Source of the DNA: Chlorokybus atmophyticus
Taxonomy: Eukaryota; Plantae; Mesostigma and Chlorokybus algae
DNA length: 64,000 nucleotides
NCBI GenBank assembly: GCA_009103225.1
Contig: RHPI01003508.1
Span: 124,001 to 188,000, forward strand
Reading direction: 5' to 3'
This document shows, in pieces, positions 22,707 through 35,360 of the stretch. The position numbers and the translations under genes were made by a program. Positions within the stretch are counted from its first letter, which is position 1; each line of letters opens with the position of its first letter. Below the pieces are notes generated by a model. It worked only from the letters and a program-made list of their open reading frames with translations. It was not told the DNA's origin and did no database searches.

Positions 22707-24932
22707 TGTTGGAGGTGTCACATGGGTGATGCTTGTATCCGGTCAGCTTGCCCTCCACACAGGAGTCAAGAGTCGAAGGTATGCGCTGAGCACGTGGACT
22801 CCGGACTTAGCAAGACGGTCGAGCCAGGACGGACTCTGGACCAGATGCTGAGTAGAGCGTTGGGAGAAACCGCATAGCTTTGTGGATACGTAAGCTTAGC
22901 AGACGTGGCTTAGCTTGTTGGAAAGCTCTGGTCGTGAGTTAAATAGAGCAACTTAGAGTGCGTTGAAAGGCTGAGTATTGTGCACGGTGCGGTGGTTGCA
23001 AATGTAGACGTGTGTAGAAACTGGCGGGGTATAAAACCCCTGGACTTGTATGACATTAATGGCAGTAGCAGTCATGCTCTTATGTTGATGTTGTTGGCGT
23101 GTCACTTGCACGTGTGTATGTCAACAAGTTATGGGCCCACACATGCTTGTGAAGGTTGATGGAGTGTGTTTCAATTGTGTGAGTAGCTGTAGTTGCTTGG
23201 TGTGGAGTAGGTTGTAAGGTCTGCAAGTAGCAGAGGGGCAACCACGGCCACAAGCATGGACGGCTTGATGTTTACAATTGAACCACTGGACGTTGACAAC
23301 TACAACATATGGAGTGTGAAGATGGAGCTACTACTGGCCCACAAGGAGCTGTGGAAGTATGTGGATTCGGCGGAGGCAGTCCCTGTAGGCGAAGCGAGTG
23401 TCTGGGCAACACAAGGGAGAAAAGCTTTAGCGTTGATAGGGTTGCACATGGCTGATCATCACCTGGTGCTGATAAAGGAGTGCAAGAGTGCACAGGAGCT
23501 TTGGATGAAGTTGGATAGCCACTTCAAGTTGCGCAACATGGCGAGGAGATTGCAGCTGAGGCAGGAGCTCAACTCATTGCGCAAGGAGAGCGGGGAGCCC
23601 ATTGTCAAGTTCATGGCGCGAGCGAAGGCGTTGTGGAGGGACTTGCTGGGTGTTGGCCACGAGCTCAAGAAAGTTGAGGTGGTGTGGGCTGTGCTCTCAG
23701 GTTTGCCCAAAGAGTACAGGGTTGTTGTCACTATCTTGGAGTCTGGGAAGGAGGACTTGTCAATGGATGGGGTAACACCAATGCTTCTTTAAGAAGAGCA
23801 GTGCTTGAGGAAGGAGGACGATGATGGAGAGGGAGCACCTGGAGGTGCTATGGCATTCACGTCATCATCGAGGCATGTGAACAAGGGCACACGAAGCAGC
23901 AACGTGGAGTGTTGGCATTGCGGGGAGCGTCGTCACATCAAGATAAAGTGTCTTAAGTTGAAGAAGGCTGATGGTGAGCATCGAGCGGTTGCTTTCCATG
24001 CATCGGATGAGGGAGCGGAGTATCCTGGGTGGGTGCTGGACACGGGAGCGAACAGGCATCTCACAAGCGATAGGAGCAAGCTCGCCAACCTCACTCCTTT
24101 ACCTGAGCCAGTTACGGTGGATTTTGGGAACCGGCAGATGCTAGAAGCTGTTGCAAAGGGAGATGCCAATCTGAGGTGCAAGGTTGGTTGTATGGTGAAG
24201 GCGGTTGTGCTTAGGGATGTACTGTATGTGCTAGGTGCATGTGCTAGTTTGTTCTCAATACGTAGAGCTACGATAGTTGGTGCAAGGGCTGTGTCTGATG
24301 CGGACAAGGCTCGTATAGAGCTTGGTGGTGTCACGCATGTAGTAGGCATCAACAGGGGTGGACTCTACTATGTGGAAGAGGACGGTGCGCACAAGGTTGT
24401 TGCAACGACAAGGGTGGTCGAGAAGACAGCGTTTAAAACACCACAAGGTCATGGCAACAAGGAGGAGGCACATAAGGTTGCTGTCACAAGGAGCTCGGAG
24501 CCCGTGGGAGCTGAAAATGGCTACAAGGAAGCGCTGGCGAGCAAGGTGCATCAAGTGAAGGTTAGCAAGGAGCATGTGCATCAAGAGCAGCACAGAGATA
24601 AAGGCAAGAAGTTGAAGGCCAACCAAGGGGCCCGAATTGCTGTGAAGGACAAGGTGCTGAGTAGAGCGTTGGGAGAAACCGCGTAGCTTTGTGGATACGT
24701 AAGCTTAGCAGACATGGTTCAGCTTGTTGGAAAGCTCTGGTCGTGAGCTAAATAGAGCAACTTAGAGTGCGTTGAAAGGCTGAGTATTGTGCACGCGGTT
24801 GTTGCAAATGTAGACGTGTGTAGAAACTGGCGGGGTATAAAACCCCTGGACTTGTATGACATTAATGGCAGTAGCAGTCATGCTCTTGTGTTGATGTTGT
24901 TGGCGTGTCACTTGCACGTGTGTATGTCAACA
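22707..24932 (+). mobile_element. Ty1/copia LTR retrotransposon, internally deleted (no IN/RT/RH)
   Basis: 5' LTR 22707-23126 (TGTTGG...TCAACA); 3' LTR remnant ~24655-24932; 5-bp TSD CGTAG (22702-22706, 24933-24937); half-tRNA-iMet-type PBS AGTTATGGGCCC right after the 5' LTR. Confidence 0.93.
23256..24400 (+). pseudogene. copia gag (UBN2-type), zinc knuckle and aspartic protease
   Basis: IEPLDVDNYNIWSVKMELLL, LRQELNSLRKESGEPIVKF, CWHCGERRHIKIKC, WVLDTGANRHLT; stop at ~23790. Confidence 0.9.
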
Positions 24933-24939
24933 CGTAGTG

Positions 24940-25820
24940 GGCATTGTGGTCGAGGTCCGGGATGAATTCCATGTTCGCACAGGGCGGGCAGGGTGCGGGA
25001 GGGGTGTTCTTGGTGTCGAACCCCACCATGCCTACCAAGGGCACAGCCAATGACAACAGTGAACCGGGCGATATCTTACAGGGCTCCCCCTCCGAGTGGG
25101 CAAAGGCACACCACAATACTGCCTCTAAGAACATCCGACCCACCAGCAGCTGCGACCACGGCGACATGATTGAAGGGACCAAACAAGACTGGTATAACCA
25201 AGGTGGGTTACGATGCACTGTCAATGCCACATGCTAGGGTTCTTTTATCTTGCACATGCACATCCTCAAGTATCTTGCACATGACATACACTGTCAATAC
25301 CACATGCACAACCTCATGCACAACCTCATGCACATGCACATGAACAGCATGACCAATCTCGCAAATGCACAGCCTATTTCTACTTGCGGGAGCTCACAGG
25401 TCGCAAAAGAGAAGCTGCGGAGTACCACGAACGGGTAATCCATGACCTACTTTAATGTTTCCAGCGGTATTTAAGCATTATGCTTGCAGATTGCCATGTT
25501 GGTTAGAGTGAACCGAGAGCAGCGCGGCAGGCTGACTGTCTGCCTGGCGGAGTGACAACAACAAAGCGAAAGACGAGGTAAGCATGTGTATGCTGATGGG
25601 CTAGTCCTCTGGCAGCACGCCACTCTTACAGCATCACCAAATGCAGGTGGTCACTCTCAGAGCGACCATCAAGCGCATGCGCATGCACGGCGAGGCGCTG
25701 GCATTCAAGCTGAAGGACAAAGTAGCCGCTGTACTGTCAGCGAGCGAGGCAGCGGATGAAGATGACTTCGATGTTGAAGTAGAAGACTTGTCGGAGGAGG
25801 AACAGGAGGAGGGGGTTTGA
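24940..25820 (+). pseudogene. Plavaka cargo gene P4 (3' exons; 5' end probably near 22630, disrupted by copia), unknown function, acidic tail
   Basis: GT-AG-bounded exons near 25000-25202, 25400-25435 and 25490-25578, and last exon QVVTLRATIKRMRMHGEALAFKLKDKVAAVLS...DEDDFDVEVEDLSEEEQEEGV*. Confidence 0.45.
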
Positions 25821-26388
25821 GGAGGAGTTCTGAGGCATGCACCACGGGTTGACAAGCTGCGCATGAGTGCGACAGCTAGACTCAATGTTATAGGGTAGTT
25901 TCATGCGCAAGTCGGCTGCTCAGTTGCAAGTGGACATACTCTCACCACTGCCAGTACATTGTATATATTGTGGGCTTATAGGTGCAAGACCAAACAATCA
26001 GCCTAAGGTTTGTACAAGCTGCATAGCATGTTAATGTTGGCTTACGGCAAGAATTGCCAACTTTTGTCATATGGCAAGGGTCACATATTAACAGCAGTGT
26101 AACGGCAAAAAAACTGCCGGCTATTGCTGTCAGCTGTCCGTAACTACCGGCTAACGGCTGTCTGTGCACATCAATCAAAGGGGAACTGGTTGACAACTCT
26201 CGGCCGGTTAATGCCACTAACAACCACTTTCGGCCCGCGGCCGTCTGCGTCAGTCCACTCAAGCCAATGGCAAACCCAACAGTCCAAAAGTAACATTTTA
26301 GGCAGCGGCAGGCAGGCTTGGGCAGGCTCAGGCACTAGTCAGTCCTTCAGTCCTTAATCAGTCACCGTGTAAAATTTGCAGCGACGCC

Positions 26389-27180
26389 TGTACTCCAAAC
26401 TGGAAGGGCTGTTAAAGAACACTGACTACAAGATCGTCAGTGACGAGGCTGCTGCAGTGGTGTATGTTAATGAGTTTGATGCCACCCTGAGCGAGTTGAC
26501 GCGCCTGACCCTGAACTACAGCAGGCCCCTTGGCTACACGCTCGAGAACGCTTTCGAGATCGCACAAGCCATCCATAAGCGCTTGGTGTATGAGAAGGCA
26601 ATGCTGGACACCAACCGCAGTGCCTCACGGCTTGTAGCCAGCACAACTACTAAGCCTCCTCGTCGCGAACATGGTCGGGACGCTCCACCAGCACGCGACA
26701 AAGGGAAACGGTTATCTCATACTGCTTTGTCTGCCCCTGTGCTGTGTCATTGCTGTGGACGGCATTGGCACTACTAAAAGGAGTGCACCGAAGAGTACTC
26801 AACCCTGGTCTGCGACCACTGTCACAAGACGGGCCACTTGGAGTCAGTCTGCTAGCTCAAGTTCCCTGAGTTCAGACCTGCCAACAGCTACAATGGCAAC
26901 AACTCTGGTGGCTACAACAGCAACAACACAGGAGGCCACAACGGCAACAACTCTGGTGGCTACAATAGCAACCACACCGTAGGTCACAACAACAACAACA
27001 ACTACGCCAACGCCCGCAAGGAAGAGCAAGGCTACAGGGGGAAAAATCGTCCTCCTCAGCGCAAGGGACTGGAAAGACGTCTGCGCGCTGCTGCTGTTGC
27101 CACCAAGGCTTTAGCCAACCCGCCAGTTGATAACCATATTGCTGCCCTCATGGCGCGTATGGCACGCTTAAAGCAATGAG
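26389..27180 (+). pseudogene. gag C-terminal part with two CCHC zinc knuckles
   Basis: YSKLEGLL...TLENAFEIAQAI; CHCCGRHWHY*KEC and CDHCHKTGHLESVC; stops present. Confidence 0.75.
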
Positions 27181-28207
27181 CATGACTACCGCGCCTGCGA
27201 CTCTGCCCGATGGGCACTGATGGCTCCAAAGCGCACGAGAGACACGAGCACTCCGTCACGCGTTCAGCCACCCCGATGAGCTCGCGGGGAAGCCGCAACA
27301 TCGTCAGCAGCTACCTCCTCTGAAGCCACCAGTGGTGCTGCATCAGCGGCAACAGCCACACCGGCTACGCCGTCAGCATCAGCAGCAACTACTCCAATTG
27401 CACTAGTGGACATTGTGACGCCAACACTGGTGAGCACGATGGCGACAGCCACAGCTGTTACCGACTCTGCAGCAGTAGATCGCACCGGTCCCGCTCCAGC
27501 TGCAGAACCACCTGTGTCAGCAAGCGTTGAGACCATTCTCGCGGCACTATCTCAACCACCGCCACTGCCATCGTCGAGCGCGCTGCCACTGCAGCGACGG
27601 GCGCAGCTACATTGCCCGTGCTCTACGTTACTCAGGCTGTCCCTCGAGGTTAGCAAGCTGAGCGCATGGGCGACCATCATGCGTGGAGCAAACCCCACTA
27701 CCATTGCTTTTAGGCGCGGAGCAGAGCGCACAACGTGCGTTGAACGCAGTGATTGCGTCTTCCCGCTGCCTGAATATCACACCCTGCCAGAACACTACTA
27801 AGCGGCAATAGAGGATGAACTCCTCGCCGGCATGGCGCCTCCCATGCGAGACCGCGTCTTTGTGGTTAGACCACCTATGGTACTGAAGTTGGCCCTACAG
27901 CTGTTTCGGACTCTGCATAACAACATGCAGACCGCGCCACGCCAGCCCGCACCAGTCCGTCACGAGCCTTTCAAACCAAGCCCATTGAACACTTATCGAG
28001 ACCGGCAACTGAACTTGTAACAGCACATCGCTGATACAGCCGACATGTCTTTGAATGAAAACGAAGCACTGAGACCCCTCAGTACCGTTCGGCTTCACGA
28101 GCAATATACCGCTTTGAAATAAGCGTTCACCTGGCGGCAGGACCCAACTGCAGCAATCAACGCAAGAGCGCAAGCCCTTGCTGCTGCTCGCGCTTCCGTT
28201 CCTCAAC

Positions 28208-28735
28208 TGTTACAACCCACTCGACCACAAAAGACTTGATGCTTTTATAGTCGATTTGTGGTAATTTAATATACCTTCCCGTTACATTCCCCCCTACTTA
28301 AGAACGCTAGCGTCCTCGGCAGCTGGCTCCCATCAGCTAGGGAATCATCCAAGGGGTCTGATTGGAGACGGTCACCGGCCCCACCACTCAAGGACTGGCC
28401 AATTTAGGCCCATACCGGTCAACACGCGCATAGCGCACCGCTGTCGGCCCCACAGGTCGCATGGCGACAGGCGGGTTGCGTCCTGCCGCGCCGACTAAAC
28501 TGGTCCGTCCGACGCGATTGCCATTGAGCAAATTGCGTCTTATCGATGATGGCACTTATGAATTGACGATGTATAATGTTCTTGCATCGAAAAACAACGA
28601 CTGCGGAATTCAAGTGCAATGCAGGAATCAAACCCGGGTTCAAGCTCCGATACCAATCTCACAGCCCACTCGACCACAAAAGACTTGATGCTTTTATGGT
28701 CGATTTGTGGTAATGTAATGTACCTTCCCGTTACA
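28208..28735 (-). mobile_element. TRIM inserted in the gypsy gag-pol linker
   Basis: 79-bp LTRs at 28208-28286 and 28657-28735; 5-bp TSD TCAAC (28203-28207, 28736-28740); minus-strand PBS TTGGTATCGGAGC and PPT GTAGGGGGGAA. Confidence 0.92.
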
Positions 28736-29916
28736 TCAACCGACAATCGCTGGCCTATCGTCCAGCACGACACCTCTCGTTATTAAGCCCAACAGTGACC
28801 AGGCGAGGGCGCTGGCTCGACAAACCAGGGGGGTGATCGCACCGCTGCTACCCGCCTCGGCGGAAGACTTGCCAGACGATCAACGGGATCCAGAGCAAGG
28901 CTACCTTACACCACAAGGGTGTACACAACGGGATGGAGCAGGCTCACTTGGAGAACAGCAAGTTCGCACTGCCCTGTTGCGACAAGCAACCATGCTACAT
29001 CGACAACAAGGCATCGGCCAGAGACGGATGATGGGGATGCGAGAAGGTGTCAATGCAGCGCGAGCAAGACTAGTGACTTGGCTAGTCACCAATCACCCCA
29101 CAGTCCCTCTGTTTGCATTCAGCACGAGATTGTTGTGGTTGGACGCCTTCCTTCGCTCGCTATGGCAAGCCTATGACGAGGTTGCATCGGCAGCCACCTT
29201 AGAAGGAGCTCAAGAGGCCATACTGAGGTTGCCAAGAGTGGAAGCAGCGCGACAACGCAGATGCAATGCAGCTGCTTATGATGAGCATGTTCAACAGCCA
29301 GAGATTTACCTTACTGTGCGGGCACGAGCGACAACAGTGCTAGAAGTGAGGGTGGTCAATGGCAGATGGGATGCCTACATGGCAGGAATCCTAAGGGTTC
29401 CCACCATCACCCACAACATAAGAGCGCGGCTCTTGCCCACAGTGTATCTCCAGCCCATGCCTCAGAACCATCGCTGGAGTGATGTGGTCAACAATCCAAC
29501 AGCCACATGGGAAGGTACATTGGTTAGAGAGACAGTCCATGTTGTATGCTAGACTTATGTGGAAGAACAGGCTGCGCGGGAGGTGGGCTCACAAACACCC
29601 TGTCCTTCAGAGTTTTCCCAACAGCCATTGGCTACGCCGCCAGGTGACCCCGGCCACGCAGAGGCGCAATCCCCCTGCGCCACAATCAGGGCAGCCACAG
29701 GCAGCACCGCCAGCACCCAGGCCGCAACGGGTGTACCAATAGCCAAGACAAGGATGGTTCGGGCCGAGCCGCGGACAAGAATGTTATTAAGACCCAGCCA
29801 GTCGAGGGGCGCTAGTCGCACTGCGCTCGACACCATCGGAGAAGACTGCAGCAGCAGTCACCTCACGCACACGCTACTGACGATTCAAGCGGCTGCGCAT
29901 CAACGCCAACGTAGCC

Positions 29917-30264
29917 ATGATTGCCAACAAAAGCAAGCATGTCACCATCAATGGACGAGCACCCAAGCGCGTGATGCTTGACTCTAGAGCCCAGCCTGTC
30001 ATCATTGGACGTTACCTCGCACGCGACCTTGGCATCGCCAGCGCTGAGCTGATGCCCTGCCCATACGTGCTCGACACAGCAACCGGTAGCCGTGACAAGG
30101 TGATTGGCAACACCAAGCAGGCCCTCTGCATTTGCTTGACAGGGTTGGACCCTTCCCACAGCACCGAGGTCATACATAAGTGTGTGGTTACCGACGCAGG
30201 ATCCTTCGACCTGCTGCTGGGACAGGACTTCAACTTCCATGTTGGCATGGGGCTGGACTATTGA
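29917..30264 (+). pseudogene. Retroviral-type aspartic protease
   Basis: KRVMLDSRAQPVIIG...FDLLLGQDF (DSG decayed to DSR). Confidence 0.75.
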
Positions 30265-30672
30265 ACAGAGAGGGCATGGTTTCGTCCACATTGCGATGAG
30301 GAGTATGGAGAGGTTCAAGGATACCTGGCTCTCGAGCTGGTGGCTCGCACTCGCTCTCACCAATAGTCAGCCGCAACAGCCATCTACAGGTCGGTTTCGA
30401 CAACCCTTGACAGGTCAGCAGCGGTGGTCACCCACAACCATGACCAAGACTCTCCTATCCCATACGAGGAGTCCCAGGAGGATGCCATTGAAGAAGTGGC
30501 CCAACAAAAACCATCTAAACGCCGCTGGCGTGCACAAGTGGTCGCACATCTACTGCTTACGAGACCACGGCTCACTGCACAGTTCCTTCTTTACAAGGAC
30601 CAAGCTGCAGTTCAGCAACAACAGTAGATGGCCGCTGGAGTAGTGGAGTTGCACGTGTTCCGCCGACGACAA

Positions 30673-31604
30673 GGCATCACCGTGTTTTAATTCTTTGGAG
30701 GTATAGGTAATGGCCTCCCCGCCGTCCTCAACACCAGCGCGACGGTCACCAAGTATTTCTACTGTGACCCTGATCCACACGCACAGATTGCCCTGAGCCA
30801 CCACCTGCGCCACCTACACAAATGCTACTCGCAGCGACGGCCGCTATCGGCACTGCAAGGCAGTCTGAAGGCACTGTCACAGAACATTCGTTTAATTATT
30901 GAGGATCACCTCCTGGCGGTGGGCAACATTGACTTGCTGATAGCAGGATGGGAGTGTCAAGGACACTTCAGAGCAGGCAGAGGCCAAGGACTCACTGATC
31001 CTCGCTCGCAATTGTTTTGGGAACCGATGCGTATCATAAAAATCCAGCGGAGCAACCAGCTGTCCAGGCCTCCGGAATACATCATTGAGAATGTGCACTC
31101 CTAGGACAATAAGCGCCATAACGTGGCGAACAGCTTTCCACAGGTGTTTTCCTTGCTGGGACATCCTCCTAAAAGCAACGCAGCGCGGCATGATGAATCC
31201 CGTGCTCACCGCGTCCACGCGAAGTGGACCAATCTGGCTACAGTCGAGGATCTCTTTGCTGTTGATTATTCAAACAGCAATCGTCCATGCGATCTCACCG
31301 TCAACGCTATCCTGCACCTTGGGCGCACAGCACAACCGGTCACACAACACGATCACCAGCACTTCTACCAATGCAATTAGCATGGTCAACCACGTTGTGC
31401 GCTTCGCACTGTGGTGTCTTACCTGGATCATACGCCTTCCGCTACCAAGGCAAAGGCATGGTGTTGGATTCCAACACAGGCCGACTGGAGGAACCCAATG
31501 CTCGTCAGCGCGAACGCGCCATGGTATTCTCTCCAGGCAGTATTACAGCTCTCATGCTGACCATTAGTCAGCAATGTCAGTTGTTGGGACGCGCAATGGA
31601 TTAG
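30673..31604 (+). pseudogene. DNMT3-like C5 cytosine methyltransferase domain within pol, between PR and RT
   Basis: ITVF*FFGGIGNG (motif I), IDLLIAGWECQGHFRAGRGQGLTDPRSQLF (IV), YIIENV (VI), AHRVHAKWTNL (VIII), EEPNARQRERAM...LLGRAMD (IX/X); stops and a frameshift. Confidence 0.85.
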
Positions 31605-31691
31605 AACATAATGGTGGTGTTATTGGAGATATGCTTTGCTCTTCAGGACCGCTATGTGTGCTTTCGGGAGCTCGAACACCTGGCGGGGGGG

Positions 31692-32074
31692 NNNNNNNNN
31701 NNNNNNNNNNNNNNNNNNNNNNNNNNNNNNNNNNNNNNNNNNNNNNNNNNNNNNNNNNNNNNNNNNNNNNNNNNNNNNNNNNNNNNNNNNNNNNNNNNNN
31801 NNNNNNNNNNNNNNNNNNNNNNNNNNNNNNNNNNNNNNNNNNNNNNNNNNNNNNNNNNNNNNNNNNNNNNNNNNNNNNNNNNNNNNNNNNNNNNNNNNNN
31901 NNNNNNNNNNNNNNNNNNNNNNNNNNNNNNNNNNNNNNNNNNNNNNNNNNNNNNNNNNNNNNNNNNNNNNNNNNNNNNNNNNNNNNNNNNNNNNNNNNNN
32001 NNNNNNNNNNNNNNNNNNNNNNNNNNNNNNNNNNNNNNNNNNNNNNNNNNNNNNNNNNNNNNNNNNNNNNNNNN
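31692..32074. other. Assembly gap (N run) flanked by poly-G
   Basis: Run of N between G tracts. Confidence 0.99.
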
Positions 32075-32264
32075 GGGGGGGGCTAATCGTGTTTAAAAGA
32101 CCAAAGCGGCACAGACCGCCCTCGAAATTGCCCACATGAAGGAACATGCAGTCATTGTGGAGGACATTCCGGTAGTCGCCAATGCTACCTCTTGATCCCA
32201 TGCCGTTGGACCACTGGCTACAGACCAGACGCGAGAACAACTCGAGGCTCTCCTCGACAAGTGG

Positions 32265-33560
32265 ATGAGTCAGTTTAGCTTCAGCGTGAAAAAACTTGGC
32301 ATCTACTCAGTTCACCAGATGGACATCGAGTTGGTGGACACCGAACTGGTGTTCCGACGATTGTACCGACTGTTCAAGTTGGAAGAAGACTTGGTGGAGC
32401 AGAGGTGCAAGGCTCTGTTAGATGCAGGCCTTATAAAAGAGTCCACATCGGACTTTGCGGCCGCGACCGTTATGCCCCTGAAGAAGGGTTCAGCAGGCAA
32501 CTGGACAGACCGGCGTATGTGCGGTGACTATCGCCCCCTCAACATCAAGACCAAGCAAGACAGGTATCCAATGCCTACTGCAGAAGGTATCTTTGATGAT
32601 GTACGAGACTGTACCGTCTTCAGCATCCTGGACATGCGCAAAGGGTACGACCAGATCGCCATCAAGGAGGAGGACAAGCACAAGACCTCTTGCTGGGGCA
32701 ACCGGCAGCTGTACCAGTGGAAGGTCATGCCCTTCGGACTGAAAAATGCTCTTACCAAGTTTCAGCACGTCATGGACAAAGCCTTGAAGGGGCTGGACTT
32801 CACGCGATGCTACATTGACGACATTCTTATCTTCATAGGCATCAACGAAGTGCACCTCCAGCACATCGAGAAGGTGCTAGAGAGACTCAAGGGGGTGGGG
32901 ATGATTGTGCACCCCCACAAGTGCACATTCTTCACTCACAAAGTACTTACCTAGGGCACATGATTGTGCCCCACGGTGTGTACGTACAGTATGCAAAAGC
33001 GGAGGCCCTGGCAGCTATCCCTGCTCAAACGAACCTTACGCGCCTGCGCGCATTCTTGGGCCTTGCCAACTACTATCGCCGGTTCGTGAAGGACTTTGCA
33101 AAGATCGCGCGGCCCCTCAACGAGCTCCTGAAGAAGGAAGTGGAATTTGCGTGGAAGGAGCCACAGCAGCAGGCTTTTGAGGAGTTTAAGGGCAGGCTCA
33201 CCACAGCTCCCATCCTTTAATGTCCTGACTACATAAAGCCCTTCATCCTCCACACCATTTAGAGCAAGCTCGGAGTGGGGGCTGTGCCGGTGCAGCACGA
33301 TGATAACAAGAAGGAGCGGGTGGTGTCATACGCCAGCCGAAGCAACAACAGCGCCGAGGCCAACTACAGCAGCTACAAGGGGGAGTGCCTCGCTGCAGTG
33401 TGGGCTATTTCCTTCTTCCGACCTTTCCTTTTCGGTCGACAATTCCAGCTGATCACCGATCATCAGCCACTCAAGTGGTTAATGACCAACCAACATCTGA
33501 CAGGGTAACTTGCTCGCTGGGCCCTGCTGTTGCTGGAGTATGACTTTGAGATCGCTTTTG
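32265..33560 (+). pseudogene. Reverse transcriptase and RNase H (Ty3/gypsy type)
   Basis: RRMCGDYRPLN, LDMRKGYDQI, VMPFGLKNA, RCYIDDILIF, FLGLANYYRRFVKDFAKIARPL, SYASRS...NYSSYKGECLAAVWA, LITDHQPLKWL; stops and frameshifts. Confidence 0.95.
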
Positions 33561-33921
33561 CGCTGGCCTTATTAACCAAGACGCCGATGGCCTCAGTTGT
33601 AACATTTATCTCTGCATTGACATTGCAACCGGAGCTGGGCATGAGCTCGGCCCTGCAGCAGCAGCTCTCACTATGGCAGCCATGTTTGCTGCTGCCGCGT
33701 TATGCTCAGGGCGCAAGATCAATACCATTGCCACATCAACGGCGGAGAGGATTCCTGCCCGTGAGTCTACCGGCCCCACAGTTACCACACCCCTAAGACA
33801 CACCCACGCGGTCAACATTGATGTCGATGACACCGAGCTGGCACCCACCGACAATAGGCAAGACATATGACTAGACAAGCCATCACTCTCCTTCCCCTAA
33901 AGTGGCCAGCTTCTCTCCGGC

Positions 33922-34927
33922 ATGAGTGCACGAGAGAGATATCGTGTCAACCAACGCACCCGCCACTATCGGTGGGCAGACGACAAGCTGTATCATAGCT
34001 TCCATAATGAAGACAAGAAGGTGCCGACACCAGCCACACGCGAGGGCATCATCACTGTGCTTTACATTGAGCTTGGACACTTCGCTGTCAAGCGTACAGC
34101 CAGCCTGGTAAGGGCGCAATATTGGTGGTATGAATTGTTCAAACAGGTGCAGGGGTTCGTCAGTCACTGCCAACAGTGTGACATGGTGCGCGCCAGCCTC
34201 AACACACGCAGCGCCACCTTGCACCCACTCCCCATCTCCGCCCTTTCCTATCGTTGGGGACTTGACATCTTGGGAGACTTGGCACCCTCGGCGCGTGGCA
34301 ACCGTAACATCCTGGTTATGATGCACTTCCCTAAATGGGTGGAGCTGGTGCCATTACCCAACAAGAGCAGCAGGGGGGTGTCTCAAACTTTCCTCTCCCA
34401 TGTCCTCGGCCGGTTCGGCAGCTGCGCTGAGGTCATCACCGACCAAGGCACTGAGTTCAGTGGGGAGTTCGACACCCTTTTGGGCAGATGCGACATCGAT
34501 CATCGCCGTACCTCGTGTGACCACCCCAAGCCGTCAGTCTCGTCGAGCGTACAATGCAGACCATTAGAAAGCACTCCGCAAATACGTGCTGGAGTATGAG
34601 AAAAACACCTGGAACGACCATCTTCCGTGGGTGGCCCTTGGATACAGACTGTCAAGGCAGGCGGCTCTGCGCGAGTACAGCTCATACTACCTGCTGTTCG
34701 GCCGTCTGTCATTGCTTCCCTTTTGTGCACATCAAGAAGTAGATCGTGTGGCGAACAACCTCGACGATCCCGACTGGATGCACCACTACATTACCACACG
34801 CGCCGCGCTGTTCGAGCGCACCGTCTCTATGGCCTTCAACAACTTACGCATCGCGCAGCACCGCGACACTCTGCGCTACAAGCGCGTGCGCAGCGGCTTC
34901 TACAAGGAGCGCCAACGGCGGTCTTAG
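33922..34927 (+). pseudogene. DDE integrase (HHCC zinc finger + rve core)
   Basis: LGHFAVKRT...YWW...CQQC, RWGLDILG, FPKWVELVPL, VITDQGTEF. Confidence 0.92.
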
Positions 34928-35139
34928 GCAGGGGACTTTGCCTACCACATGGCAGCTACTACGGACACGCTCGACACCTCCGTGGGCCGCATCATTTACA
35001 AGGTACTTAAGGTGTACCCCACAGGGCTCCTCGATAAAAACGGAGAGAGGTTGAAAGACAACATGGTGAACTGCGCGCTATGTCACCTCCCTTACGTAGC
35101 TGGCTTTGCGCGCATCCAGCACCCTCGCCCCGCCCGCAG

Positions 35140-35311
35140 CACACGCTGTGAACGCTGCGGCAGCGCCAACGACAACGCACTTATAATGCTCTGCGATGGC
35201 TGTAACAAAGGCCTGCATTGCTACTGTCGGGAGCCCCCATTAGACGCAATACCCATGGAGGAGTATTCGTGCAACAATTGCCGCGCCAACGGCCCTCCTC
35301 ACTTGCATTAG
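35140..35311 (+). CDS. PHD finger at the end of pol
   Basis: CERCGSANDNALIMLCDGCNKGLHCYCREPPLDAIPMEEYSCNNC (C4HC3 pattern). Confidence 0.9.
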
Positions 35312-35360
35312 CAGCTGAGCCCTGGAGCTGGAACCTCCCCAGAAGCTCAGGGGGGTGGCT

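Larger units (their letters stand above)
9832..26386 (-). mobile_element. Large Plavaka (CACTA/CMC-like) DNA transposon with cargo genes, ~14.3 kb excluding the copia insertion
   Basis: Contains a Plavaka transposase. Termini TGTAGTAGTATGTTTT (decayed CGTCGCAAAATGTTT) and AAAATTTGCAGCGACG match the ends of 6405-7986. 2-bp flanks AC/CC; excision restores the gag frame. Confidence 0.82.
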
